DNA from: Fonticula alba ATCC 38817
Lineage: Eukaryota > Protista > Nucleariida
Reading direction: 5' to 3' (one strand)
NCBI GenBank assembly: GCA_000388065.2
Contig: KB932203.1
Length of the DNA: 27,054 nucleotides
Part shown: piece by piece, positions 1 to 10,644 of the stretch
Layout of the letters: the number at the start of each line of letters is the position of its first letter
Position numbering within the stretch: the first letter of the stretch is position 1
The notes under the pieces: model-generated
Told to the model about the DNA's origin: nothing
Databases searched by the model: none
The model's input: the letters and a program-made list of their open reading frames with translations, nothing else
Translations under genes and position numbers: made by a program

Positions 1-92
1 CCCCCCCCCCCCCCCTGGGTCTGCCGCACTCCGCCGCGGAAGGGGAGGGAGGCCGGGCGAGGAGCGAAAAGTCGCGATCACGCTCTCCCGCC

Positions 93-3000
93 CTAGCGCT
101 GGGCGCCAAGGGTCGAGGAGAAGGGCCGTGGCGCGCGCAGGTAGGCCGCGTACTTGAGCATGTGCGCCAGGGCGGCGGCCGGGTTACCGCCAGGGCTGGT
201 GGCCTCAAATGCGGGCAGGATGTCCCTGCAAGTGGCCGGCAGCCGGGCGGCCTCGGCCTCGGTGTCCGAGGCCGGACTCGCCAGGAGGGCCTCCGGGGTG
301 GCGTCCGCCGGCAGAGTCTCCAAGTGCTCGAACCAGAAGAGCTCCTCCGGAAGCCGGGTCATTGAGGACAGGGGCGAGCTGGAAGTGGCAGCCGACAGGC
401 GGAGCAGCGGCCGTGCGGCGTACTAGGGTGGGTACATGTGTGTGTGTGTGTGTGTGTGGTTGTGGTGAGCCAGGTTAGTCTTGGTGCGCCGAGCGGCCAA
501 AGGGGACAAGAGGAAGGGGCAAGGTAGACGCACATGGGCCACCAGCGAGCGCAGGGCACTCTGGGCGGTCTGCCGCTCGGACTCCGTGGCGTTCGGGCAG
601 GAGCATGCCTTGGACAGTTCCTTTTTTTTTCATTCCCCCCCGAGTGTGTGCGTTGGACTTCGGGTCAGATGTGCGCAAGAGGCTGGGCGAGAGAGAGGGG
701 GCGGGGCGGGGGGGGGGAGGAGGGAGAAAAGGAGAAGGGAGACAGGGGGGGCCAGTGCGCACGGAGAACGTGAAAACGAAGAGCTCGCGATACTCGCGGC
801 GCGCAGCTTGCAGCTTTTGTTGCATGGTCTCCTAAGCACAGGCGCCAAGCAAAAGGCGGCAGGGGGAGGAGAGCATTAGCCGAGCAGTTTTGGAGAGGCC
901 GGGTCAGTATATGTCAGTGTACAGGGGCATCCGGACGCAAGGGGAGGGGGGGGGAGGAAGTTGGAGCAGGCGAAAAAAAGAAAGACAGAGAAGGCCCAAC
1001 TGCAAGCCCGGAGCACGCACACAGCGGGCCTTCGCCTCGCGCAGGGTATGCTGGTCAGCATCCTCGTCTTCGGCGTCCTCGCGCGCCTCGCCCGCGGCAT
1101 CCTCATCTGACAGGCCCTCCTCGTCGCTCATGAAGAGAGCCCGGTCCTCGGTGGCCTGGTCGTCCCCCTGATCCGGGCCGTCCTCGGCCGACATCTCGGA
1201 GAAGGGGCGCTTGCGCCGGTCGCCGTCGCCCTTGCCGGCGGTGGCCGACCGACGGGCCAGCAGTCGAGCGCGGCGCCGGGCAGCACGCTCCTCCCGGCGG
1301 GCGGCCACCTTGCTGGTGGCGGTGGCCAGCTCCTCCGCACACAGGGCATCCGACACGGAGGTCAGCTCCAGGCGCTCGGTCATCCGATCGAGCGAGGCAT
1401 GCAGGATGCACATGGCAGATTGGCTGCGGGTGTGGGAGGCCGAGGGAAGAGGGCGAGGGTGCACGGGGGGGGGGGAGGGGAGGCAAGGGCGGGCCCGTTA
1501 GTGGGTTACATCCGGGAGGGCAGATGCGACAGAGGGCGGCAGACAGGCAGAGGAAGATGGAGAGACAAAGAGAGGGAAAGAGGGAAGAAGGGGGGGAAAA
1601 AGAAGAAGAAGAAGAAGAAGAAGAGAGGAGAGCCACAAACGCAGGAACACCTGCGCATGGGCAGACGCACAGGCCCACGCGATAGACCAGGGCAAACCAG
1701 CCACGCTGGCGGCCCTCCGACCCGGCAGTCAGGCCATCCTCAGGGGCGGCCCCCGGACCGGAGGCGGCATACGGCGCGATGACCGGCATGTCGGTCGGCC
1801 GGGCCTCCACCAGGCAAAAGCGCACCGCCTGCATCGGCGTCAGCAGACACAAGTCCAGCCAGTAGCCGACGGCCATCTCGGCGATCATGCCACGCGAAGA
1901 GGCCCGGCCCACGCCGTCAGACTCCGGGAAGGCCTGGCGGGCCTGCTCGGCCGGCAGCGGCTCCAGCCGATCGGCAAAGGGCAACGCCGTGGCCGGGTAC
2001 ACATGTCGCAGCAGCAGGTCCAGGATGATCAGCGCCCCGGCCGGCTCGGCATTGATCAGATCCAGGAAGATGTCGTAATAGTGCCGGACCGTGGTCTGGA
2101 AGGAGGTCAGCGGGGGGAGGGTGCTCTCGAAGCTGTTGGTCGAGGGGTCGCTCTCCGGGTCGCGCTCGAACGGGCCGAAGGACAGCTGCAGCAGGGCCCC
2201 GCAAAAGAGCACCAAGCTCGGGATGACCGGCTGGCCGGCAGCCAGGAAGCCGGACTCCGCCTGCTTGGACTCGGCATGCTGCAGAATGCAGTCGACCATG
2301 TTCATGGACCGGCGCTGGCGCAGGGCCAGGATGATGTCCGAGTAGAACTGCTTCATGAGGTCTGCCGGCGAGTGGCGGCCAGCAGGTCAGGTGGGCCGGT
2401 TGTGATGGGTTAGGGCATGAGGGAGAGCGCTGGCAAGGGAGGACACGGGGAGATGCGGCAAGGGGAGGGGGGGGGGGGGCGGGGCGAGGAGCGAAAAGTC
2501 CTGCCTTTTTGGGGGCCCCCCCCGGCCGGGGCCCCCCCCCCCCCCCCCCCCCTGGGTCTGCCGCANNNNNNNNNNNNNNNNNNNNNNNNNNNNNNNNNNN
2601 NNNNNNNNNNNNNNNNNNNNNNNNNNNNNNNNNNNNNNNNNNNNNNNNNNNNNNNNNNNNNNNNNNNNNNNNNNNNNNNNNNNNNNNNNNNNNNNNNNNN
2701 NNNNNNCCACCCCCCCCCCCCATGGACATGCGAGAAGACCCACGCAGGACACGGCGAGGCACGCACCATTCACCAGCGGGAACATGGACAGGATGTTCAG
2801 GTGCGGTTCGGCCGGCTGGCTGGCCGGGGCGGCCAGAGCGCCGGTCCCGCGCGAGGAGCCCACGCCGGCAGACACGGCCAGAGCCGCCAGCTCCGGGGCC
2901 AGATAGTGCGCATGATAGAGCGGCGGCAGGACGGTGGCCACGCGCTCGGCCGGGCCGAAGCGAATGAGCGCCGTGATGAAGGACCGGAAGAGGCAGTGTG

Positions 3001-6000
3001 ACGCCCGGCTCCGGAGGCGGGTCGATAGTCCGGCATCCGAGGAGTCGGCCTCGGGGTCGGCAGCGGCCGTGGCCGCGGCCGCGGCCGCCGCAGCGCCGCT
3101 GTACCACGCCTGGTCAGCCTCCGGGCCGGCCCCGGTCATCGAGGCAAGGAGTAGGTCTTGCCAGGCATCGAAGCAAGTCCCCGGGGGGCTGGCATTGCCC
3201 GGGGGGAGGTCGGCCGCCAGGGCCGCCAGACAGGCGGTCAGGGCCGGGCCCTCGAGGCCGTGGACGGCGGCGACGGCGATGGCCGCCGCCACAACAGCCC
3301 CATGCCCGCCAGGGGCGCCCACGGCCGCCGGCCCGGCGCCCGACGAAAACCGACTCAGGGTGGGCTGCTCGGCGGCCCGGCGGGTGTGCAGCGCCAGTGC
3401 CGCGGAGATGGCCGTCCGCTTGCCGGCATCCACCGGGCACACGGCCGGCGGGGCCGGGGCCAGGACAAACTCCGAATTCGACGCGAAGGAGGCCAACCAC
3501 CGGGCGATACGCACATGGGCCAGCACCGTGTCCAGGGCAATGGCATCCCGCAGGAAGGCATCCGCAATGGCGGACACCGCCAGCGAGCAGATCCCGGTGC
3601 CGGCGGGCGAGGAGGCCCCGACGGGCCCGGTGCCGACGGCGGCCCCGGCCCCGGTGGCGCCCGGGCCGGCTGGCCCGCCGGCCGCCACGGCCCCGGCAAA
3701 GCCCCCGAGCCCGGTCTGCTGGTTCTGCAGGGCCTCCTTCTCGGTCTTGCACATCTCGACGATGACCGACTGCACGAAGATCACATCCACCGGGGCACCA
3801 CCGAGGCCCAGGCCACCGCCGCCGGCGCCCGGCGATGAGGGAGCCGCCGGCGGGGCCAGAGCCAGGGACACCAGCGCCTCGATGATGTGCGCGGCCACGG
3901 CCGGGGCCGGGGCCGGGGGCCGCGGCGCGGCGCTCGCCGGGAAGTCCCGATCGGCCTCCGGGGCGGCATCCCCACCATCGGGGTAGGCCCCGGTGGCCGA
4001 CGAGGCGTCGGCCGCTTCCCCGAGGCTGGCCATCGACAGCAGGTGCTTGGCGCAGTCGGGCCGATTCCGGGCCAGGAAGAAGACCGTCTCCCGGGTGGCA
4101 TCTTCCAGGACCGCGCGAGCCAAAGCCCGCAGTGGGGGGACCGCCGACTGCACGAGCCCGGCCCCAAAGCGACCGGCCGCCGTGACCACCTGCCGGGTGT
4201 GCGAATCGCTGAGTTCCGGCAGGGCGGCCAGGTCGTCCTCGGTCAGGAGCATGGCGCCCCCCCCGGGGGCCGGCCGTTCCGGGCGCAAGTGGCGCAGGGC
4301 CGCCACACGGGCCACGCCGGCGGCCCGGGTGGCCGTGCGCTCGGCCGCCACCGTGGCCGCCTCCGCATGGCGAGTCCAGGCCAACAGCGACGGCGGGATC
4401 AGGAACGACCGGTGGAAGGGCAGCACCGGCACCGGCAGCGGCTGGCCGGTGTACTCGTCCACGCGCGGGGGCTCCGGCAGGCTGATGGGGAAGACCGCGG
4501 GAGCCGACCCCGGGCCCGGCTGCTCAGTGGCCTCCTCCAGGGCCAGGTAGGAGGCCAGGCCCCGGAGGGCCACCACCAGCGGGTCGGCCGGGCCGTGCAT
4601 GGCGTCCGGCTGGGCGCGCGACGCATGCAGCGCGCTCCGCCAGGCCAGCCACGCCTCGGCCAGGGTGTCCACATCGGCCACGTAGCGCGCCTGGCAGGGG
4701 GCCCCGGCCTCCGGGCGCAGGGGCGCCCGGACCCGGCGGTCCGGCAGTGCGACCAGCTCCTGGGACCGGGCCAGCCGGGCAAGACGCCCGCCGGCCGTCG
4801 CGGCCGATGCATCGCCCGTCAGAGCCTCGGCATCGGCGATGGGCAGTCCGGTGACAAAGGCCAGGCGCCGGTCCACCGCGGCCACCAGGTCGTCGATGGG
4901 GGCATGGGCGAAGGCCGGGCCAGCGCGGATGATGGCCAGGATGGCCGCATGCAGCAGGTACCGGTGGTGGAAGCGGGTGTCATGGTGTGCCCCGGCGCCG
5001 GGGGCCGTCTCCGGAACACCATCCACAAAGCACCGGATCCAGGGAACCAGGGCCAGGGGGGCGACCAGCCGGGCGCGTACGAGCTCGGCAAAGTAGAGCA
5101 CCTGGGCCGGAGGAGCGGTGAGGCAGCGGCGGGTGGGCAAGCGTCAGACAGGGGCGCGGGGGGCACCAACAGAGGAGAGCAGGAGGCAGCAGGACATAGG
5201 GGGATGCATGCATGCGTGTGGGTGTGCGCGCGCACAATTTGCTTGCTCTCATGCCAGCCGTTGACACTGTGCGCGCGGCTGCTCGAGCTGAAAGGAAGTG
5301 AGGCTCGCCGGGCCAGGGCGCCGGCCAGGGAGCTGGCCACCAGCTGGTGGAAGGCCGGGTCGGTGGGGATGTCCGTGCGCACAGGCAGCTGCGGCGGGGG
5401 CGGGGCAGGGGAGTGGTCGCCCTCGCCGAGGGGCGGGTCGACGGCCGCCGCGGCGGCCGCCGCCGCGGCGGCGGCCTCCATGATCGAAGCCGGGGCAATG
5501 CCACCCGTGCGGGCAATCGTCGCGATCAGCCCCACAAAGACGCCCAACTTGGCGGGCAGCTGGGAGACACTGCGAGCGAGCGGGCGCGCGAGCAGGCAGG
5601 GGGCCGAATGGTTAGGGCGGGGAAGGGGGGAGGGGGGGGGGGGCGAGGAAGAGGGCGCGGGGCACCGACAGGGGGCAGCACGTACGCGAGGCAGAAGACG
5701 TTCTGCACATCGTCGCACTCCCACGCGCGAATGAGGGCGCGCGCCGTGGCATCGATGTGCGACTGGTCCACTTTCTGCGCGACCACGAGGAGCGGTGGCA
5801 GGCACGACGTCAGCATGCCAGGGGTGCGGGGCGCGGCAGGGCGGGGCGGGGCGGGGCGGGGGAGAGTGGCGAGGAGGAGGGGCTTCGGCATGGGGGCGCA
5901 CCTCATTGCCGCCGAGGTCGACGATCGAGGCCACAGCATGGTCGGACTCCTCCAGGGTGAAGCTGGACGGGGCGGCATCCGCGGCAAGATGGCCATGGTC

Positions 6001-6102
6001 CACCTCCATCGAGATGTCGTCCTCCGGGACGCTGGACGGCAGGCTGGCCGAGGGCACGGGCGCGTCGGCCGGCACGACATCAGCGGCGGCGGGATGGGTC
6101 AT
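93..6102 (-). CDS. NCBP1: Nuclear cap-binding protein subunit 1 (CBP80/Sto1 family, three MIF4G-like domains), ~1510 aa with long low-complexity insertions; 9 exons
   Basis: Exons (5'->3'): 6102-5902, 5774-5686, 5569-5236, 5101-2767, 2361-1671, 1423-1021, 831-763, 620(or 608)-534, 422-93. All introns are GT-AG with matching phases, and CTGAC/CTAAC/CTAAT branch motifs occur in most. Colinear matches to recalled human CBP80: AVSQLPAKLGVFVGLI~VARLLPEKLTIYTTLV; VLYFAELVRARLVAP~VRFLSDLVNCHVIAA; RNRPDCAKHL~KERKTCAAQL; HIIEALVSLALAPPAAP~HIVEVIFAELFQLPAPP; VIVEMCK~LLIELCK; RIARWLASFASNSEF~RFINWFSHHLSNFQF; ILHASLDRM~ILHSTIRKM; MQQKLQAARREYRELFVFTF~LQEKVESAQSEQKNLFLVIF. Intron 4 contains a gap, and the exon 8 acceptor is uncertain. 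Confidence 0.85.
1600..1623 (+). repeat. (AAG)8 microsatellite in NCBP1 intron 5
   Basis: Read directly from the sequence. Confidence 0.9.
2566..2706. other. Assembly gap (141 N) in NCBP1 intron 4
   Basis: N run. Confidence 1.
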
Positions 6103-6634
6103 GGCAGGACGCGAGGAGCGAGCAAGAGCGGCAGGCGGGAAAGGGAGGGAGAGCGAAGAGAGAGGGAAAGGGATGGAGAAGGGGGGGGNNNNNNNNNNNN
6201 NNNNNNNNNNNNNNNNNNNNNNNNNNNNNNNNNNNNNNNNNNNNNNNNNNNNNNNNNNNNNNNNNNNNNNNNNNNNNNNNNNNNNNNNNNNNNNNNNNNN
6301 NNNNNNNNNNNNNNNNNNNNNNNNNNNNNNNNNNNNNNNNNNNNNNNNNNNNNNNNNNNNNNNNNNNNNNNNNNNNNNNNNNNNNNNNNNNNNNNNNNNN
6401 NNNNNNNNNNNNNNNNNNNNNNNNNNNNNNNNNNNNNNNNNNNNNNNNNNNNNNNNNNNNNNNNNNNNNNNNNNNNNNNNNNNNNNNNNNNNNCGCCCGC
6501 CGCTCTCTTGCCCTCTTTCCTTGCCCCTTGCCCCCCCCCCCCCTGCTGTCTCTCGGCTTGTCGCTGATCTCTGGCCTTTTATGCTCGCCCCTCCCTCCCA
6601 CCGGCTCACCCGCCGGCCCCGTCTCATCACGCAG
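6103..6634. promoter_or_regulatory. Probable short bidirectional promoter / 5' UTR region between divergent NCBP1 and EIF2A
   Basis: The NCBP1 ATG (6102, minus) and the first visible EIF2A exon (6635, plus) are 532 bp apart, of which 305 bp is N. The NCBP1 leader 6103-6188 is pyrimidine-rich with no AG on the sense strand. Confidence 0.5.
6189..6493. other. Assembly gap (305 N), probably hiding EIF2A exon 1 and the promoter
   Basis: N run; the phase-1 acceptor at 6634 has no plausible upstream ATG exon in the sequenced bases. Confidence 1.
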
Positions 6635-9424
6635 GCCAGACCCCCCAGAACATCTTCCGCGCGTCGACCTTCGGCCCGGAGGACAAGCTCACCGCCTTTG
6701 ACATCCCCCTGGCCCAGAGGTGCGACGCTCCCCCCTCTCCATCCCCCCCCGCCATTTTCGTCCCTCCGCCTATGCCTCTCCTCCCACCCGGTCCCGGCCC
6801 CGGCCCCGGCCCTGGCCCCGGCCCCGGTCCCGGCCCCGGCCCCTGGTGCAATTGGCTGACCATCCGCCTGCAGCGAGCTCGGCCGCCCCGGGACCTTCAT
6901 CCACAAGTATACCCAGTCGCCGGATGGCCAGTTCCTGGCCGCGATCACCCCCACGGCGGCCGTCGTGGTCAACACCGCCACCGGGGCCACTCACCTGTCC
7001 GAGGCGGACGTCTGCACGGATGTGTACTTCTCGCCGACCGGCCGGTTTGTGGTCATCCACGGGCAGTTCTCGGCCGGCGCCAAGAATGTCAAGATCTTCG
7101 ACATGCAGGCCACCTGCCCGGAGAGCAGGCTGGCCTTTGCCTTCGGCCAGTCGGCCAGTCTGGCCGATGTCAGCTGTCGGCGCGTGAGCTGGACCCAGGC
7201 CGACACCACCTTCCTCCGGATGAACGGCCGCGAGCTCCTGGTCTACACCATGGGCCTCGATGAGGCCACCGGCCAGGTGTCCTTCGCTCAGACCTCCTCC
7301 TTCACCGATCCCGGCCTGACGACCTTCGCCGTGGCCCACTCGCGCGAGACCACCGGTCCCTGCTATGTGGCTGTCTACTGCCGCGGTGTCAAGGGTCGTG
7401 CCTCCACCGTGCGCATCTACCAGGTCGGCAGCTGGGTCAACCCCATCAGCACCCGGAGCTTCTTCCACGGCGAGACCTGCGAGCTGGTGTGGGACCCGCG
7501 TGGTATGGCCTTTGCTCTCTCCCTCCCTCCATCTCCCTCCCTCTCTCTCCCTCCCTTTCTCCCTCCCTCCCTCTCTCTCCCTCCCTCTCTCTCTCCCTCC
7601 CTTTCTCCCTCCCTCCCTCTCTCTCCCTCCCTCCCTTTCTCCCTCCCTCCCTCTCTCTCCCATGCGTGCCTTTTGCCGGTGGCTTGNNNNNNNNNNNNNN
7701 NNNNNNNNNNNNNNNNNNNNNNNNNNNNNNNNNNNNNNNNNNNNNNNNNNNNNNNNNNNNNNNNNNNNNNNNNNNNNNNNNNNNNNNNNNNNNNNNNNNN
7801 NNNNNNNNNNNNNNNNNNNNNNNNNNNNNNNNNNNNNNNNNNNNNNNNNNNNNNNNNNNNNNNNNNNNNNNNNNNNNNNNNNNNNNNNNNNNNNNNNNNN
7901 NNNNNNNNTTGCTCTCTCCCTCCCTCCATCTCCCTCCCTCTCCCTCCCTCCCTTTCTCCCTCCCTCCCTCTCTCTCCTCCCTCCTCCCTCCCCTCCTCCC
8001 TCCCCTCCTCCCTCCCCTCCTCCCTCCCCTCCTCCCTCCCCTCCTCCTTCCCCTCCTCCGCCCCGCCGCCTCGCATCAAAGGCAGGCGCGATGCGCATGC
8101 TGCCACACTCGCCCGGCGCCTCCGCCCACCCATGCGCCCTTCACGTTCCTGACCTCGCCTGCTCCCTGCCCCGTCGCTCGGGCATTCCCCAGGCACCCGG
8201 GTCCTGGCCAAGGTCAGCGACCCCTTCACCAAGGGCAACACCAGCTACGTCGGGGCCAGCCGGCTGTACTATGTGACCGTCGATCGCCGGTATGACTGCT
8301 CCTTCGAGATGAAGAAGGAGGGTCCGATTCACTCGTTCTGCTGGGCCCCCTCCGGGCGGGAGTTCGTCGTGACCTACGGCTGTACGTCGACGGCCCGTGT
8401 GCCCCCATCTGTCGCCTCCGGCCGCAGTTGGCCGCTTTGCCAAGACTCTCGCCCTCTGACCCCGCCGCGACTGACATTGGCCCCGGGCCTTGCCTTCCAC
8501 GCACGCACGCACGCACGCACGCACGCACATCCAGACATGCCCAACCCCCAGACCACCCTGTTCAACCTGCGTGCCGACCCGGTTTTCGAGTTCGGCGACA
8601 ACGCGCGCAACATCGGCGCCTTTAGCCCGGACGGCCAGCACCTGATGATCGGTGGCAATGGCGCCATCGCCGGGCGCATGGAGGTCTGGCGTCGGGCCGA
8701 CACCGCGTGGAAGCGCGTGAGCCAGATCAATGCGCCGAACTTCACGGCCTTCCAGTGGTCCCCCTGCGGGGCCTTCCTCCTGGGAGCCACCCTGACCCCG
8801 CGCCTGCGCGTGGACAACAGCATCCGCGTGTGGACGCGCCTCGGCAAGCTGGTCCTTTGCCAGGGCTTCGACACCCTGCTGGAGGCGTCCTTCCTGGCCA
8901 CGGGCCCCGCCGCCGACACCGGCGCCGTCATCCCGGACCATGCTCTTCCGACCGAGCCGTACTACATCACCCCGGACACCAAGCTCCAGCTGGCCCTCGG
9001 CATCCAGGCCGCCGGCGGCGCCGGCGCCGGCGACGGCAAGGACCAGGGGGGCGCCGGGGCCGGGGCCTCTTCCCGGCCGGCCACCGCCCCGGCCAAGGCC
9101 TACGTGCCGCCGCACCTGCGCGCGGAGATGGCCGCCAAGGAGGCCGAGGCCGCGGCCAAGCGCGAGGCCCAGGCGGCCAAGCGCGCCGCCCGGGCCGAGG
9201 CGCGCAACCAGTTCCCCAAGCTCGACCTGCCGGCCGATGCCGCGGAGCTCGGCAAGATGCTCAAGCGCACGCAGAAGCGCCTGCGCGGCGTGCAGGAGCT
9301 CCAGGAGAAGATCCTCGCGGACCCCACCTACCAGCCGAACCCGGAGCAGAAGGAGCGCCTCGCGGGCGAGGCTCGCATCCTCAATGAAATCGAGCAGATC
9401 ACCGCGGCCATGAAGGCGCTGTAG
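6635..9424 (+). CDS. EIF2A: Eukaryotic translation initiation factor 2A (WD40-like beta-propeller plus C-terminal helical domain); 5'-partial, ~600 aa
   Basis: Exons: 6635-6719, 6874-7502, 8193-8381, 8535-9424, with phases 1/2/1/1 consistent. Motifs: KGRASTVRIY, RSFF, KKEGPIHSFCWAPSGREFVVTYGYMP, FNLRADPVFEFG, FSPDG, FQWSPCG, PRLRVDN, AYVPPHLR, and the C-terminal helix MLKRTQKRLRGVQEL..EQKERL. No in-frame ATG lies between the 6189-6493 gap and the 6634 acceptor, so exon 1 is probably in the gap. Confidence 0.93.
6788..6841 (+). repeat. Nine imperfect CCGGCC hexamers (GGGGCC on the opposite strand) in an EIF2A intron
   Basis: ccggtc ccggcc ccggcc ccggcc ctggcc ccggcc ccggtc ccggcc ccggcc. Confidence 0.9.
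7511..8056 (+). repeat. CT-rich homopyrimidine low-complexity tract in an EIF2A intron, interrupted by a gap
   Basis: Almost only C/T at 7511-7660 and 7909-8056, including repeated CTCCCCTCCTCC units. Confidence 0.9.
7687..7908. other. Assembly gap (222 N) in an EIF2A intron
   Basis: N run. Confidence 1.
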
Positions 9425-9476
9425 GCTGGCGAGCGTGCCGAGCTGGCGACTTTTCTTTCGGAGGGGGGGGGGGGGG

Positions 9477-9966
9477 NNNNNNNNNNNNNNNNNNNNNNNN
9501 NNNNNNNNNNNNNNNNNNNNNNNNNNNNNNNNNNNNNNNNNNNNNNNNNNNNNNNNNNNNNNNNNNNNNNNNNNNNNNNNNNNNNNNNNNNNNNNNNNNN
9601 NNNNNNNNNNNNNNNNNNNNNNNNNNNNNNNNNNNNNNNNNNNNNNNNNNNNNNNNNNNNNNNNNNNNNNNNNNNNNNNNNNNNNNNNNNNNNNNNNNNN
9701 NNNNNNNNNNNNNNNNNNNNNNNNNNNNNNNNNNNNNNNNNNNNNNNNNNNNNNNNNNNNNNNNNNNNNNNNNNNNNNNNNNNNNNNNNNNNNNNNNNNN
9801 NNNNNNNNNNNNNNNNNNNNNNNNNNNNNNNNNNNNNNNNNNNNNNNNNNNNNNNNNNNNNNNNNNNNNNNNNNNNNNNNNNNNNNNNNNNNNNNNNNNN
9901 NNNNNNNNNNNNNNNNNNNNNNNNNNNNNNNNNNNNNNNNNNNNNNNNNNNNNNNNNNNNNNNNNN
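9477..9966. other. Assembly gap (490 N) between the convergent EIF2A and RhoGEF 3' ends
   Basis: N run flanked by G and C homopolymers. Confidence 1.
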
Positions 9967-10117
9967 CCCCCCCCCCCCCCCCCTCGTCCCTTGCCCCCGG
10001 GCTCCCCTCATGGGACACCGTTGAACGGGGGTGCGCTTGAAGGGCAGTTGTGTATTCCTCCTTGCCCGGGGCACGCGAATGCGCGTGTAGGTGTACCACG
10101 CACATGCGCGCGCGCGA

Positions 10118-10609
10118 CTAGATGGCCGGAGAGCTGCCCGGCGCGCCGCCAGCCGACGGCGGCAGGGTCCAGGCAGTCTGCCGGGTAGTGGGGTTGAAGA
10201 AGTAGGGACCGGAGGCGGCCAGGTGTGCCGGGGGGAGGTCCGCCGAGTCGGGGGCCATCTCGATCTCATACCAGCCCGGGGCATGGGGCACCTGGCGCGA
10301 GTACCACTTGTAAAACTTGTCCAGCGTGGCAGGGTCCTCCTTGGGCAGGTCCCAGGAGGTCTCGTAGGTGTCCGGGCAATAGAAGTAGTGCGTGGGCTCG
10401 GTCGGCCGGGTTGCATGGCCGGGGTTGAGCGCGCGGATCCACGTGCGGCCGAGGGCCTGGTACTTGGGGATGTCGCTGGAGGAGATGCCGGTCGAGCGAC
10501 GGCGCTGTGGGGCCCGATGGGCGGGCAAGGGGGGGGGGGGGGCAGTCAGCGAGATGACACAGCCACGAGAGGGGGAGAGAGCAAGGGCACCAGGGCGAGG
10601 GCGAGGCCG

Positions 10610-10644
<35 letters not shown>

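Noticed and set aside
6571-6573. In-frame CTG as a non-AUG start for eIF2A
   Set aside because: It is attractive given eIF2A biology, but the -3 context is poor, it follows a TGA, and the region has a good branch point and acceptor. A first exon in the adjacent 305-N gap is the simpler explanation.
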